Assembly: GCF_001194135.2 (NCBI RefSeq)
Contig: NC_068992.1
Coordinates: 48,842,412-48,906,411, forward strand
DNA: 64,000 bases
Origin: Octopus bimaculoides
Lineage: Eukaryota
Direction: 5' to 3'
In this document: positions 25,905-39,209 of the stretch, one piece after another
Layout of the letters: each line of letters opens with the position of its first letter
Numbering within the stretch: position 1 is the stretch's first letter
The notes under the pieces: model-generated
Databases searched by the model: none
The model's input: the letters and a program-made list of their open reading frames with translations, nothing else
What the model was told of the DNA's origin: nothing
Translations under genes and position numbers: made by a program

Positions 25905-27027
25905 GCATACATACATATATGCATACAGATAACGACATACACATACACATTCATACATACACCCACTCACACGCGTTAGTAGTAACGAACGAAAGAAAAA
26001 GTAATTAATTCCGTAAAATAGTGTATGAATAATTTACTTTGGCCAGCTGAAACCAACATTGGCCAATACTTAGTACGAAAGCTACGCGATGTTTATCTCT
26101 GCTGTGTTGCAATACAGTTCATGACAAAATAAATGCTATTGCAAGGCGATGGGTGAAAATTTTCGTATCATTACTCAACACAAGGTAACAGATCAAAGCT
26201 TTCTTCCCATAAGCTAGCACAAGTCACGTTTTGATCTTGCATTAAGAGAAGCATTAATTGGCATTAAAATGGAAAGATTCTTAAGATTTAGGACATGGAA
26301 AGTGACTCTCAGGGAACTAAATTTAGAAGAGAAGAAACTGAAAGCACCTACGTCTCAAAGGAAAAAAAATATGGGATTACGTGGGATTACAAGAACGGAG
26401 TTACAAAGCTAATACAGGATTAACTGGAATTGTGGTTGAAATTATCTTTCTGATCCTTAATCCTTAACTGCAGTTTGCGTAAGACGTTCAATTCGATCAT
26501 CTAATGTTAACTGTATAACTAAATTCTTCGCTTCATCCGTTTACTATACTGTATTTTTTGCAAGTATGTTATATTATCATTATCTAATAGTAATCTATTT
26601 GTGCAAATGCCTGTTAAGATCAAACATATTTTTAGTTTTGCCTGCTTGCACTAATAGATTCATGAGATTTTGAAAGGTCTCTAGATACTGCTGAGCATCA
26701 CTTTGAAAGTTATGGATGCAATTAGTAAATTTACCATTTGTAATAACACTACCATTTCCTTTACTCTGTTTTCTCTTTCCTCAAAACTCCCTACATATTC
26801 CTCCTGTGACTCTTCGCCAATTTATCCTCCGCCTACTATGCACAGTTGTCTTCGTTAAAATAGAACAGATCTACTAACAGGAAGGTTATGACTGTTCTGA
26901 AGCGTCGTTAAAATCCGATACATAAAACTTCCAGTGGTTTAACGGGATACAGGCTCAGCACTTCCCTAATTCTACTGGATCCCATTTTATTCTTTTCACA
27001 CTTATACCGAGAATACAAGACTCTTCA

Positions 27028-27082
<55 letters not shown>

Positions 27083-27162
27083 TTATATATATTTATGTAT
27101 ATATATATTGGAAAACAGCCTTGAAGAATCTTTTAATCGAATGAGTTAATCACAGTATTCAT

Positions 27163-27448
27163 TTTTGTTAAGCCTGGTACTTATTCTATCGGTTTCTTTA
27201 GCTGGACCGCCAATTAACGGTGACGTAAACACACCAGCACCGGTTGTCAAGCGGTAATGGGGGACAGACACAGACACAAACCTACACACAGTTCTTTGTG
27301 TTTCCGTCTACGAAATCCCCTCACAAGGTTTGGGTCGGCCCAAGGCTATACTAAAAGGCACTTGACCCAGTTGCCACGCAATGGGACTGAACCCGGAACC
27401 ATGTGGTTGAGAAACAAGCTCCTTACCACACGACTACGCCTGCGCCTA
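27163..27448 (-). mobile_element. SINE family A (3' tail missing)
   Basis: AAGCCTGGTACTTATTCTATCGG...GGGACTGAACCCGGAACCATGTGG...TTACCACAC..CTACGCCTGCGCC. Confidence 0.85.
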
Positions 27449-28151
27449 TATACACATATATATATATATATATATATANNNNNNNNNNNNNNNNNNNNNN
27501 NNNNNNNNNNNNNNNNNNNNNNNNNNNNNNNNNNNNNNNNNNNNNNNNNNNNNNNNNNNNNNNNNNNNNNNNNNNNNNNNNNNNNNNNNNNNNNNNNNNN
27601 NNNNNNNNNNNNNNNNNNNNNNNNNNNNNNNNNNNNNNNNNNNNNNNNNNNNNNNNNNNNTATATATACATACATATTCATATGCATATATATATATATA
27701 TAGACACGTACATTATATGTGTGTTTATGTATAACTGTGTGTGTGTGAATGTATGTGAAAGTGTGCGTGTGTGTGTGTATTTTCAGCTCATTAGAATGGG
27801 CTACCTTGTCCATTATTCCAACTTATGCCCTCCTAAGGTTCGTTACATGGTGTAAGCGCCAATATTCCTCACTGTTTTCTTTTTGTAAAAGTTAGGCATT
27901 ATTCGTTCGTTTCGTTCTCACGTGGTGATAGAGTTTTCTCCTACAAATGATTTTATGCTTTCACTTTCAAACACTTTCAGGAATATCTTCCCTTCTCTTT
28001 CTCTCCCTCCCCCTCACTCTCTCTCTCTCTCTCTCTCTCACTTTACCTATCTATCTCTTTATATATATGTATCTCTCTCTCTCTCGCTCTCTCTCTCTCT
28101 CGCTCTCTCTCTCTCTCGCTCTCTCTCTCTCTCGCTCTCTCTCTCTCTCGC

Positions 28152-28183
<32 letters not shown>

Positions 28184-30319
28184 GCTCTCTCATTCTCTTT
28201 TAATAGTGGAATTGATTATTTGTTTTTATGAGGGGTTTTTTTTCTTCTTGAGAGAAAAGAATCATTTTTTCATTCATTTATTTCTCCTCCTACTCTTCCC
28301 CCAAATCAATAATGTCAAGTGTGTGAAAACATTAATTATGAATTGATCTTTGGCAAATATATCTGAACAGCTGAAAAGTGAGTGCATTTTCAGATTTTTT
28401 TAATTTTGTTTTTTTTTTTTAGTCTTTTTCTTCTTCCTTAAAAATTATTTTTCTCGTGTCTTCATTTCTCTCACGTTTTTTTCTGTGTTTGTTCTTTGTT
28501 GTTTCCCATGCTATTTCTACTTTTGTTTTTGTTGTTGTTCTTGCTAATGATGGTGATGATGATGTTATTGCTGTTAATGTTCTTATTATACTTGTTATGT
28601 GCATGTATTTTTCTTTTTCTCTCTCTCTCTCTCTCTCTCCCTCTTTTCTTCATTTATATAACGTGTTCATTTTTATGGAACAGACTTTTAATGAAAGGAA
28701 AAGTAAATGTTTAAGAGAAGTAAGCCAAGTCTGCAGAACAGAGATATGTCAGAGCAAACTTTATTTTGTCATGCATTTGGGAAGAAACAGTGGTGAGTTA
28801 ATACGTTCAATAATCACATAGTTTTAGAGAGAGAGAGGGACGAGGGACAGAGAGCGAAAGAGTGAGAGGGTGAAAGAACAAATACATATACACACAGGAC
28901 TAAATAAACAATAAATAAAACCATCTACCAATTCTTTAATGGTTTCTGCTTCCAAAAATACTGCCAACTCTTATCAGCTCCTCGTGATTACAGAACTACT
29001 CGATCTGGGCAGACTTCGTGCTAGACACTTACATGATTTTAATAAATCAAGAATTCATGTTGTATGATATTTGATATGCTTGTAATAGTCTGTAATGTTC
29101 ATATACATGCCGCTGACCACTCTGAGTTATTTATCTTGGCCCATTTTTGCTTGATTTATATAAAACAAGATTAGTAACTGGAGAGGGAGTACCTAGAAGT
29201 CACTCAATCAAAAATATAACTGTTTCTGATTTAGAAACATTAAGCGATTATGGTACTTTCATTAAAGGTAAAGTTAATCTCTACGGAATTTGATCTCAGA
29301 ACGTAACAAGCCAGAACAAATTTGTAAGGCATTCTATCCGACGTTCCGAGGATTCCGTCAATACATTCACGTTGTCAGTTGGAAATAATAAGCAAAATCT
29401 CGCCCAAATCAGATTTTATTGTCTTAAAAGAGGGATGCCACTTTGGATAATGTAGTGCTAAATACACCATGCCGAGGAAAACGCCAGGATGTTCACGGCA
29501 GGAATGCTACAATCGAGAAATCTTCGATTTTGGGCTACGGCTAAACAGTAACAACTAGTTTCTCTTCCCTCAGCCCACCTTACTGCATCACACACACACA
29601 CATACACACACACACACACACACATACACACACACACACACACACATACATACATAGAACTCAGAACTGAGTACATTAACTTTCTGTTTCTAAGCATAAT
29701 TTAATTAATACGTACACTATATTTTGTACATAGACCTTTGCGTTGACTTGTGGCCAGTGAAAAGATCCTTTTGTAGAATACGTCACTAACAACTTCTTCG
29801 ATAAATTTGCTGATATTTAGGGTGATTTTATTAATATGTATTAATTAGCGATAGCGTCTAAACAAATTCGACACAGTTTACAGAAATCCCATTCGGCTAC
29901 CATAAATATGCCAATAACATTTTAAATCCAGATAATGTAACCATGAAATCTAGAAACGTGGACTATGGATTGAGGAACTTTCATGTTCCAAAGGGTAAAA
30001 TGTGGAAAAATATGACCCAAAAGTCGATGTTGTCTCAGGGAAATACTGCACAGATACAACTCAGCACCGATGTCGTTTTAAATGTTGCTGTTTGAACGCA
30101 AAAATCTGGAAAGCTTCCGCAGGAAATCATGGCCAAACCTTGAATAAATCTGCCAATCCACTGCCTTGGATTGGTACTTTATTTCATCAACCACAAAATG
30201 GTGAAAGAGGAAGGTGACCTCGTTGAAATTTGAACTCTGCACCAAATGGTCTCATACGTACATATAACAATGTAAAAGTATGCATGTATACCAGGTAGAT
30301 AGATATATAGATAGTTTTC

Positions 30320-30768
30320 TTTCCAGCAAGATAGTGCATCCCCACACTATCATAATACCTTAATGAGATTTTGCCAAAAGGCGGGGGTGGACGTAGAGGT
30401 TCCGTTTAATACCCTCTGTGTTTCATGGACCTCACACTACTAGACTTATTTTTATGTGTATACTTAAAAGATAAACCTTACAGTACAAAACCGACAACAA
30501 TCGATGAATTAACGGCAGCCATTCAACGAGATGCGTACAAATATCGAACGAAATGTTTCTCGATGTTTACGATTACATTGCTCCGTGTTATCAGCACTAC
30601 CTGGACCAAAATGTTCATCAGCTTGCAAACAGACGTTTATGAAAGAAATTAAATTGTGTCTTTAGATTCTGTTCAATTTTGAAACTAAAATATATTTTAA
30701 TAAACACTGACTTAATAATCATTCTATGTGCGTATGCGTTTTTTTTTTGTGGGGGGAGACACCCTGTA
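30320..30768 (+). mobile_element. Tc1/mariner-superfamily transposon 3' relic with right TIR
   Basis: FQQDSASPHY...DLTLLDLFLCVYLKDKPYSTKPTTIDELTAAIQR (decayed FQQDGAPPH...SPDLTPLDFFLWGYLKDKVY); ends GACACCCTG followed by TA at 30767-68. Confidence 0.8.
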
Positions 30769-30780
30769 TATATGTGTGTG

Positions 30781-31430
30781 TAACATATGGTATAATTATA
30801 AACAGGGCGAATTTTTAGCCGTTTCGCCACAGACTAATAAAAATGATGAGCAACCTTAATCGATTTTCGAACCTTATTGTGTTCCTATCAGTGGCGTCTG
30901 CATCATTCTGAAAGTCTCCAGAGAAACAAGCAGCCAAACTATTTATATACTCAAAACAAATGCAACAGTTACTCTATAAAGGAGTTCTTAATAGGCATAC
31001 CAAAAGTGTTTAACATTCTACAAATACCAGGGGCCTGTCAACGGGGATCTTAGTCCACAAGGTATCAAGGTAAGATATAATAAATATGTAACANNNNNNN
31101 NNNAACAGGGCGAATTTTTAGCCGTTTCGCCACAGACTAATAAAAATGATGAGCAACCTTAATCGATTTTCGAACCTTATTGTGTTCCTATCAGTGGCGT
31201 CTGCATCATTCTGAAAGTCTCCAGAGAAACAAGCAGCCAAACTATTTATATACTCAAAACAAATGCAACAGTTACTCTATAAAGGAGTTCTTAATAGGCA
31301 TACCAAAAGTGTTTAACATTCTACAAATACCAGGGGCCTGTCAACGGGGATCTTAGTCCACAAGGTATCAAGGTAAGATATAATAAATATGTAACATATG
31401 GTATAATTATAAACAGGGCAAATTTTTAGC
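30781..31430. repeat. 308-bp unit duplicated across a 10-N gap plus a third ~39-bp partial unit
   Basis: 30801-31093 is identical by eye to 31104-31396; TAACATATGGTATAATTATAAACAGGGC recurs at 30781 and 31392. Confidence 0.9.
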
Positions 31431-31461
31431 TATTATTTTACACTTCTTGGATCCAGGCCTT

Positions 31462-31765
31462 TCTTTTTTACTAGCTTCAGCTCAAGAGCTGCGACCATGC
31501 CGATGCACTGCCATTAGCTATGTTATAATTTCTCTAAACCTCCTCTGATATGAGGCATTTGGTGAATGGTGGCGGTGATGTTGCTGCCCTCATCTGTGTT
31601 TCTTGCTGCGTGGTAGGTTTCTCCTGAACTCTGGACACGAGGAATTCTTGTTTTGTTTTGAAGACCCCTACATCCATTCTATGTGAGTCTCTCGGGTTTT
31701 GTGGGAGGATATTGAAGAGTTATGGGCCCTTGAAACCCAAGCCGTTGCAGTATCAGGTCCTATAT
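31462..31765 (-). mobile_element. CR1-clade LINE 3' end (RT C-terminus plus 3' tail with stem-loop)
   Basis: GFKGP*LFNILPQNPRDSHRMDVGVFKTK...VQEKPTTQQETQMRAA...IHQMPHIRGGL resembles the CR1 GP.LFN.LP..LR....FK..LD...P..RAA.SNS..Q pattern; tail ends GCTAGTAAAAAAG. Confidence 0.7.
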
Positions 31766-32762
31766 TCTGATGGCCATATAGAGATATACATATCTCTTCA
31801 TATATCTACCACATTTTACCCCTGAAATCTCGAGTAGTACAATACGCTTTATACAGAGTACAACGGTGAGATTCTGTCTTTTAACAAACTACCGCAGAGG
31901 CGGCGGATTGTTGTTTAAAACATCATAATGTCCCACGAGGTCACACTTGGATAAATATTGCAGATTTTCTTAATGTGGTTTATTTTAACTTTATTCTTTT
32001 CGTTTATTTCTTTCTCACAGACAATAGTCAAAGTAGCGACTAACTTAATTAGTCATTGTACAATCTCTTTGAATAAATGCATCGTTTAGACGAATTGAAT
32101 GTTCTGAGTAGAGTCGATCTGTGTCTAACTACCACATATATATATATATATATATATCTATACATGGGCATATACATACAAACGTAAATATCATATGTAT
32201 ATATAAATATATGTATATTTATATATATGTATGTATATATATNNNNNNNNNNNNNNNNNNNNNNNNNNNNNNNNNNNNNNNNNNNNNNNNNNNNNNNNNN
32301 NNNNNNNNNNNNNNNNNNNNNNNNNNNNNNNNNNNNNNNNNNNNNNNNNNNNNNNNNNNNNNNNNNNNNNNNNNNNNNNNNNNNNNNNNNNNNNNNNNNN
32401 NNNNNNNNNTTATATACGCATGCACATACACACACGCACATACACACACACAGAATCAATAATCAATAATGGTAAGTCGTCTTGTGGAAATTAACAAATG
32501 ATGTTTTAATCAGTGAATTATTAGAAGCGGAAAGTTAAAAGATAGGAAGCAAGAAGATGAACCATTTAAAATAGCTGTTAATTTTGTATAATTGATTAAT
32601 TATGAAAACCTACTTTATTCATTAGTGTAACCACTTCTCTTGTTAATGTTGCTGGTGATGTCGTGTAGCCTCAGGTCAGTTCTCACGAAGCAGACACATG
32701 ATCAATCCAGCCGTGACTATCCCGTCTTTGTCTCTTCTGTTTTTTTTGTATTTTTAGCTATA

Positions 32763-33140
32763 AGCACAGGGTTGACTGTGTGGTAAGGAGCTTGCTTTCC
32801 ATCCACATTGTTCCTGGTTCAGTACCACTGCGGTGGTACCTTGGGTGTCTTCTACTAGCGTTGGGTCAACCAAAGCTTTGTGAGTGGATGTGGTAGACGG
32901 AAACCGAAAGAAGCTCATCGTATATATATATGTGTGTATGTGTGGGTCTATCTGTCTGTCTTTTCCCCCCGCTACCGCTTGATAACCGGTGTTGGTGAGT
33001 TTATGTCCGCATAATTAGTACCATAATTAGTACCAAGCTTTAAAAATAATGAAAAGTACTGGGGCCGATTCATTCAACTAAAATTCTACAAGACAGTGCC
33101 CAAGCATAGCTGCAGTCTAACGACTGAAACAAGTAAAAGA
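32763..33140 (+). mobile_element. SINE family A, diverged full-length copy
   Basis: GGTTGACTGTGTGGTAAG head, GGTTCAGTACCACTGC B box, CAGTCTAACGACTGAAACAAGTAAAAG tail. Confidence 0.85.
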
Positions 33141-35464
33141 AAGAAAATATCTCCAATATATTTCCACTGTATCATTTTCATTTTGAAGACAAGACTATGT
33201 GAGTTGAGAGATATTTAATTGCTATGTCTAGCAGGTCGAATACCTTGCTCCTTTGTTTCTCGATGTGTATGGAGTTACTGATGGTTGTGTATAGTGGTGG
33301 TGGTAGTTAGGGTGTATGGTGCAGATATTGGTCAATCCTTATTGAGCTGATCTATGGTTAAAGGCGTTTCACCCTAGACCATCTAGCCTTAGTTTCATTT
33401 ATGGTGTTACTAGAAATTACACTGTCTAATTGTCGTTCTTTAATAAGAAAGACCATGGGTAATATGCCCGGCGGCAACAAGTAACAGCTAAGCGCCTCTT
33501 TCTTCTTTTAAAGATGGCACGATGTGAACTGAGGGACTTTTGGTTCGAATTTCAACTCCGAATGTATTTGATCCAAAGAAAATGGGCAAAATCGATTTTG
33601 GATTTAGGTCATGAACTTATATCTAAGGATCCTGATAAAGCCCAGCATTGTAAGCTAATGAAGTTTTAGTTTTGTTTTGTTTTCTTTATATCATTTAGTC
33701 AGGAGAAAAAGTAGTACCCATGACTAATTACAGAGCCTCCGAGACTAGTGGGATGGACTAAAGGAGCGAAGACGACATCCTCCAAGTGGAGACCTGGCTC
33801 AAATTCTTGCAAGATAATGGACAAGTTACCAAGTGGTAATGGTAATCCAGACGTTGGATTAAAGGTACTACTCGTATAAGCTATGGTTGGATTTGAACTC
33901 AGAACGGTTAGAGAAGGAACAAATATTACATGCCATCCAGTCCCACTTTCTTACAGTTCCATCAATCTACGGCCCTGGATTTGTATTCATTTTATTATTG
34001 ACCCTGGAAAGACGAAAGGCAGTGTTGACTTCGACTGATTTTGAACTAAGAGTGCTAGGAGTAGAAACACATACGCTGGTTTATTTCTTCGAGATTTAGT
34101 GTAACCATGGGAGCCTGAGACTTTTTATACATGCCTTAGTTGCACACAAAGTGCAGAACCAGTGACTATCAGAGATGATTCATAGACGTTTTCAATTGAT
34201 ATCCCATAACATTATCGATCCAATAAGTTGTAGGATTTGCTTTTATTTACCTATTTATCGATTTCCTGTTTTGCAATAACTGAATGTTAATCTACTAATT
34301 CGATCCTCGTTAAAAATCTTTATTGGCTTAATATACGTGTGAAGTTTCTCGAATGTTTGGAAGCAGTTTGGCGATTAATTGAAAGAGTGAGGATACAGAA
34401 TCGCGTTAACAACGAATAAAATATTTGGATTAAAGGGTGATTGATGGATGATATTTCCAGAAGGATAAGGAATAAGGCGTTGTCTGAGTTGTGTTGGGAG
34501 ACCGGAAAGGACTTCTGTATAGCATGGAGCTTACTATTTATTTTAAGAATTTGAGAATCCCTATCGCCACTTCCAATTGCATTCTAACAGACTGAACATT
34601 GTTAATTACCTTGTCGTACCAAATTTGAAAGTCTTCGATAATAAATCAGCAGTGTCCACACCATTCCCAGGTTTCCTTAGCACCTTCCCTGTTTCTGTGA
34701 AAGATATTCGCGAGTTAATTACTGTTTAGTGGTGCGTTAAGTTGAATGATAAGGTTGTCTCTGATGTTTATTCGCTGCCAATAAATAGATGAGTTGTGTA
34801 TTCGAAGAGGATGAGTTAGTAGGGGGAGTTGTAGCACACCTAAAATCATTCTTTGTACAATGTTCATCTCTCTTACGTTTTGCGATCAAATCTCACAGAT
34901 ACCACGTTCTTTGTTTTCTCTCCATTATCGCTCTGTCTATTTATCTATCTGCTACCTATCTATCTATCGCTTTCTCTCTCTCTCACACACGTACACTATG
35001 GAGTTTTTTCTTTCCTTTTATATTAGCATCATAACAACATAACATACCAATAGAGAATTTTACTGATAATTAATTAATTGTTAGAGAAGATAAATTCATA
35101 CCTACTCACTGATTTTGTTTTCCTTGTTCTTCAGGAAATGTATAATAACAGTAATATCCTAGGGTATTAGTTCCACCCACTACAGTTACACTATTTTGAA
35201 GAATGACTTAATAAATGATCGCTACACAGTCGGGCGACCAACTGCCAAGAGTTCCTGAAATTACATCCGACCATCTTAGAACACGTTTTTGGAGCACTTT
35301 GATATAGTCTCAGATGTGCAATGACTGTGACAGAAGAACTGAGTGTATATACCGGGAAATACCTATATCAGAGGTATGTCCTGTCAGGACAAGAACTGCG
35401 GGTTAAACAACAGCAATTTGAACAATATACTCTCGCTAATTTATATTTATGTTTGCTCTCTGAA

Positions 35465-37020
35465 CATTTCTATTAGAGCAAAACAAAATATATATTTTCT
35501 TACACAAAATATATTTATATATTCTTAAAAAACATATTTATATATCTTTATTCAAAACATATTTCTACATTCGTTCACAAAATATATTTATATATATTCT
35601 TACAAAATTTATATTTATATTCTCTTACACAAAATATATTCTATATTCTTACACAAAATATATTTAAACATTCTTACAAAAAATTAATCTATATGTATTC
35701 TTATATAAATTATATCTATATGTATTCTTACCTTACATATATATATACATACATATACATATATACATATACATAGATAGATATAGCTATATAATAGACA
35801 GACTGACAGACAGATGTATATATATTCTTACGCAAAATTGTATCCTTACACAAAATATATTTTTTATATATCCTTACACAAAAAATATGTGTATATATAN
35901 NNNNNNNNNNNNNNNNNNNNNNNNNNNNNNNNNNNNNNNNNNNNNNNNNNNNNNNNNNNNNNNNNNNNNNNNNNNNNNNNNNNNNNNNNNNNNNNNNNNN
36001 NNNNNNNNNNNNNNNNNNNNNNNNNNNNNNNNNNNNNNNNNNNNNNNNNNNNNNNNNNNNNNNNNNNNNNNNNNNNNNNNNNNNNNNNNNNNNNNNNNNN
36101 NNNNNNNNNNNNNNNNNNNNNNNNNNNNNNNNNNNNNNNNNNNNNNNNNNNNNNNNNNNNNNNNNNNNNNNNNNNNNNNNNNNNNNNNNNNNNNNNNNNN
36201 NNNNNNNNNNNNNNNNNNNNNNNNNNNNNNNNNNNNNNNNNNNNNNNNNNNNNNNNNNNNNNNNNNNNNNNNNNNNNNNNNNNNNNNNNNNNNNNNNNNN
36301 NNNNNNNNNNNNNNNNNNNNNNNNNNNNNNNNNNNNNNNNNNNNNNNNNNNNNNNNNNNNNNNNNNNNNNNNNNNNNNNNNNNNNNNNNNNNNNNNNNNN
36401 NNNNNNNNNNNNNNNNNNNNNNNNNNNNNNNNNNNNNNNNNNNNNNNNNNNNNNNNNNNNNNNNNNNNNNNNNNNNNNNNNNNNNNNNNNNNNNNNNNNN
36501 NNNNNNNNNNNNNNNNNNNNNNNNNNNNNNNNNNNNNNNNNNNNNNNNNNNNNNNNNNNNNNNNNNNNNNNNNNNNNNNNNNNNNNNNNNNNNNNNNNNN
36601 NNNNNNNNNNNNNNNNNNNNNNNNNNNNNNNNNNNNNNNNNNNNNNNNNNNNNNNNNNNNNNNNNNNNNNNNNNNNNNNNNNNNNNNNNNNNNNNNNNNN
36701 NNNNNNNNNNNNNNNNNNNNNNNNNNNNNNNNNNNNNNNNNNNNNNNNNNNNNNNNNNNNNNNNNNNNNNNNNNNNNNNNNNNNNNNNNNNNNNNNNNNN
36801 NNNNNNNNNNNNNNNNNNNNNNNNNNNNNNNNNNNNNNNNNNNNNNNNNNNNNNNNNNNNNNNNNNNNNNNNNNNNNNNNNNNNNNNNNNNNNNTACATA
36901 TGCATATATAATCTTCTCATACAAAATATATTTATGCCCTTTTTTGTATAGACCATTTCTGATATATCCTTACGCAAAATATAATTCATACGCAAAATAC
37001 ATATTCTGATGTATATATCC
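35465..37020. repeat. Degenerate ~25-bp AT-rich minisatellite spanning a ~1-kb gap
   Basis: Recurring TCTTAC(A/G)CAAAATATATTT on both sides of the gap. Confidence 0.7.
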
Positions 37021-37487
37021 TCACACAGAATACCAGTAAAAAATATGCGATATCATTCTCACTCTCCTCTAAATATTATCTCCCTTTTACGGATTCTTCA
37101 AAGAAAGGAAATCAAAAATAAATGTATTGTGGTTCATATAAGATAAGCCCATAGCTAACCAACTGAACAGTGCAGATTATAGATTGTAGCCATTTTGCAT
37201 TTCTCTTCCTTTCTGTTACTAATGCATATACGTCACAACTTCTTATTCGATTCCTCTCAAAATTTTTCTGTTTGACTACTGCATGAATAAATAAACAATT
37301 CAGTTAAGTGTGATTCTTTAGTAGAAACCTATCGCAGAATTTAATAGTAACAGAGCAATATTCAGTACGACTCGGGTAGTATTTGGAGCTAGTGAAGCAA
37401 TTCAACGGGTCACGAGAATCGTGGGTCTATAAATGCTATTGCGTATTTTCCTGAAGTGTGAGACAGTGCCATTAGGATGGTACCGTA

Positions 37488-37752
37488 GTAAGTTATTTAC
37501 ATACCCAGCCCCACATGATCTATTTACGTACTCCAGCACCATGTGACTTGTTTAAGTACTTCGGATATAACGTGACCTATTTACATACTACAGCACCACA
37601 TGACCTGTTTACGAACACAAGACTACGTTACCTGATTAGCTAGCACAGCACCACATGACCTATTTATGTACTCCAGAACCATGTGACCTATTTATGTACT
37701 ACAGCACTATGTGACTTGTTTAGGTCCTCCAGTACTACGTCACCTATTTATA
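37488..37752. repeat. 28-bp degenerate minisatellite, about 9-10 units
   Basis: Consensus-like TGACCTATTTATGTACTCCAGCACCA(C/T)G repeated. Confidence 0.8.
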
Positions 37753-38059
37753 TCAAAGCTATCACAGCTAAAACTATGCTGAGACGCTGCCATTAAGATT
37801 GAATATGTGATTATTTCCTATATATTTAACATCTCTAATTAATGAATCAGCATAAATGATGAACACTATTCTTCTTTAGTTGTATCCTGGTCGCTGTTCT
37901 GGAGAGAAATGTGACTAAGTACTTTTAAAGGTATCAGGGGTAACTTTGGGCAAGTGTCGCAGAAATTTTGTAAGGTAATTGCATAAATGTGAGTCTTCAA
38001 ACGCTAAGCTGCTGGTTGTATAAATTCCTGATGCGAGATTTTAGGAAAGATACTTGGGA

Positions 38060-38330
38060 ATTTAATACAACCCCCTCCACACTTCCCGTACGTTATTTCT
38101 TCTATATCGCTCTCTGGGAGACCTCCGGCATTCTTGGACCCTGGACCATATCCCTGCTCACTGCTGTCGAGGCGGAGATGACTGCCCCAAGTGCGAGCCC
38201 CGTGAGTCAGTGTGACTGCTCCAGCGCATCTCCCTCGCCATTCTCCGGGGCAACGCCTTTTCTATTTTGTCTGCTGGGGTTATGAGGTAGTCTGACTTAC
38301 AGGAAATTGTACGTTCCACTCCTCAGATAC
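38060..38330 (+). mobile_element. CRE-clade (RLE) non-LTR retrotransposon C-terminal relic
   Basis: ETSGILGPWTISLLTAV...(frameshift)EPRESV*LLQRISLAILRGNAFSIL resembles the CRE-type ET.G..GP.A..FL...G..RE...L.QRLS.A..RGNA..VLG terminus. Confidence 0.65.
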
Positions 38331-39098
38331 TTAGATCCAAGCAATGATTTATTATTTACAATTGTCTCTGGTGTGTCAAGGATTGGAATAAGACTTCCGA
38401 ATGTAGCTCTCATGTGGGCTAGAAAGGCCTGCGATACACACATAACTTGTGTGTCTGTTCAGTGTCTTGTCCACGGGTGCAGCAATGAGCTGAACTTATC
38501 CATAGTATCTAAAGCTTGCTGGGAAGACGAGTTAGCCAGTGAACAGTTAAGTTTCTCATTTCATATGATCGCAAGAGAGCTGCTAAACTCTTCCACGTAA
38601 CTTTCTACTATACAATAGTTGTTATATATACAATGTTTAAAAACATGTCAATGGGAGAGAAAGAGCTTTGTGAATATTTGTATGCTTTTTGTTATCTTTT
38701 TTTTTTTACAAAGTGGGGAGCAAATGAAATAATTGCAGAAGATTAATGTAACAATGACTATAATGACAACAACAACAACAACGAGAAAATCAAAAATAAC
38801 AACAAGCGACTTAATACTCTCTAAGACCAGGCGAGATATTTCATTCTTGGAAAAGATAAAAGCTCTATAGAATTCAACAATGGAATCAAGCATCTTTCCA
38901 TTTTTTGTATTGCGATTCTGGAAAAATAGAATAATTGTTCTTGAGCTCACAGCTCAGCAACCTAGCAAAATTGACCAAACGTCAATCAGTGCTTTCGTGG
39001 AATTATATCGACTCTCTTGAAAAGAATGGAAATTTTGTAAAAGACACTCGATTCTCCAACAACACTTATTGTAAAGCAATATAGCTTTGCATGAGATT

Positions 39099-39158
<60 letters not shown>

Positions 39159-39176
39159 TATTATTATTATTATTAC

Positions 39177-39209
<33 letters not shown>

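Noticed and set aside
26285-26400. Possible APE endonuclease N-terminal relic (FRTWKVTLRE...DYVGLQE)
   Set aside because: Only two short motif resemblances across frameshifts; insufficient to call.
28684-28719. Possible 36-nt phase-0 exon (TFNERKSKCLRE) with CAG acceptor and GTAAGC donor
   Set aside because: Such short AG...GT windows are frequent by chance; no linked exons or recognisable peptide.
34561-34578. 18-bp exact inverted match to 57132-57149 (CTATCGCCACTTCCAATT)
   Set aside because: Flanks do not align, and one such match in 64 kb is not clearly beyond chance.
37488-37752. CRISPR-like appearance of short periodic repeats
   Set aside because: Contiguous degenerate units without unique spacers, eukaryotic context and no cas genes.
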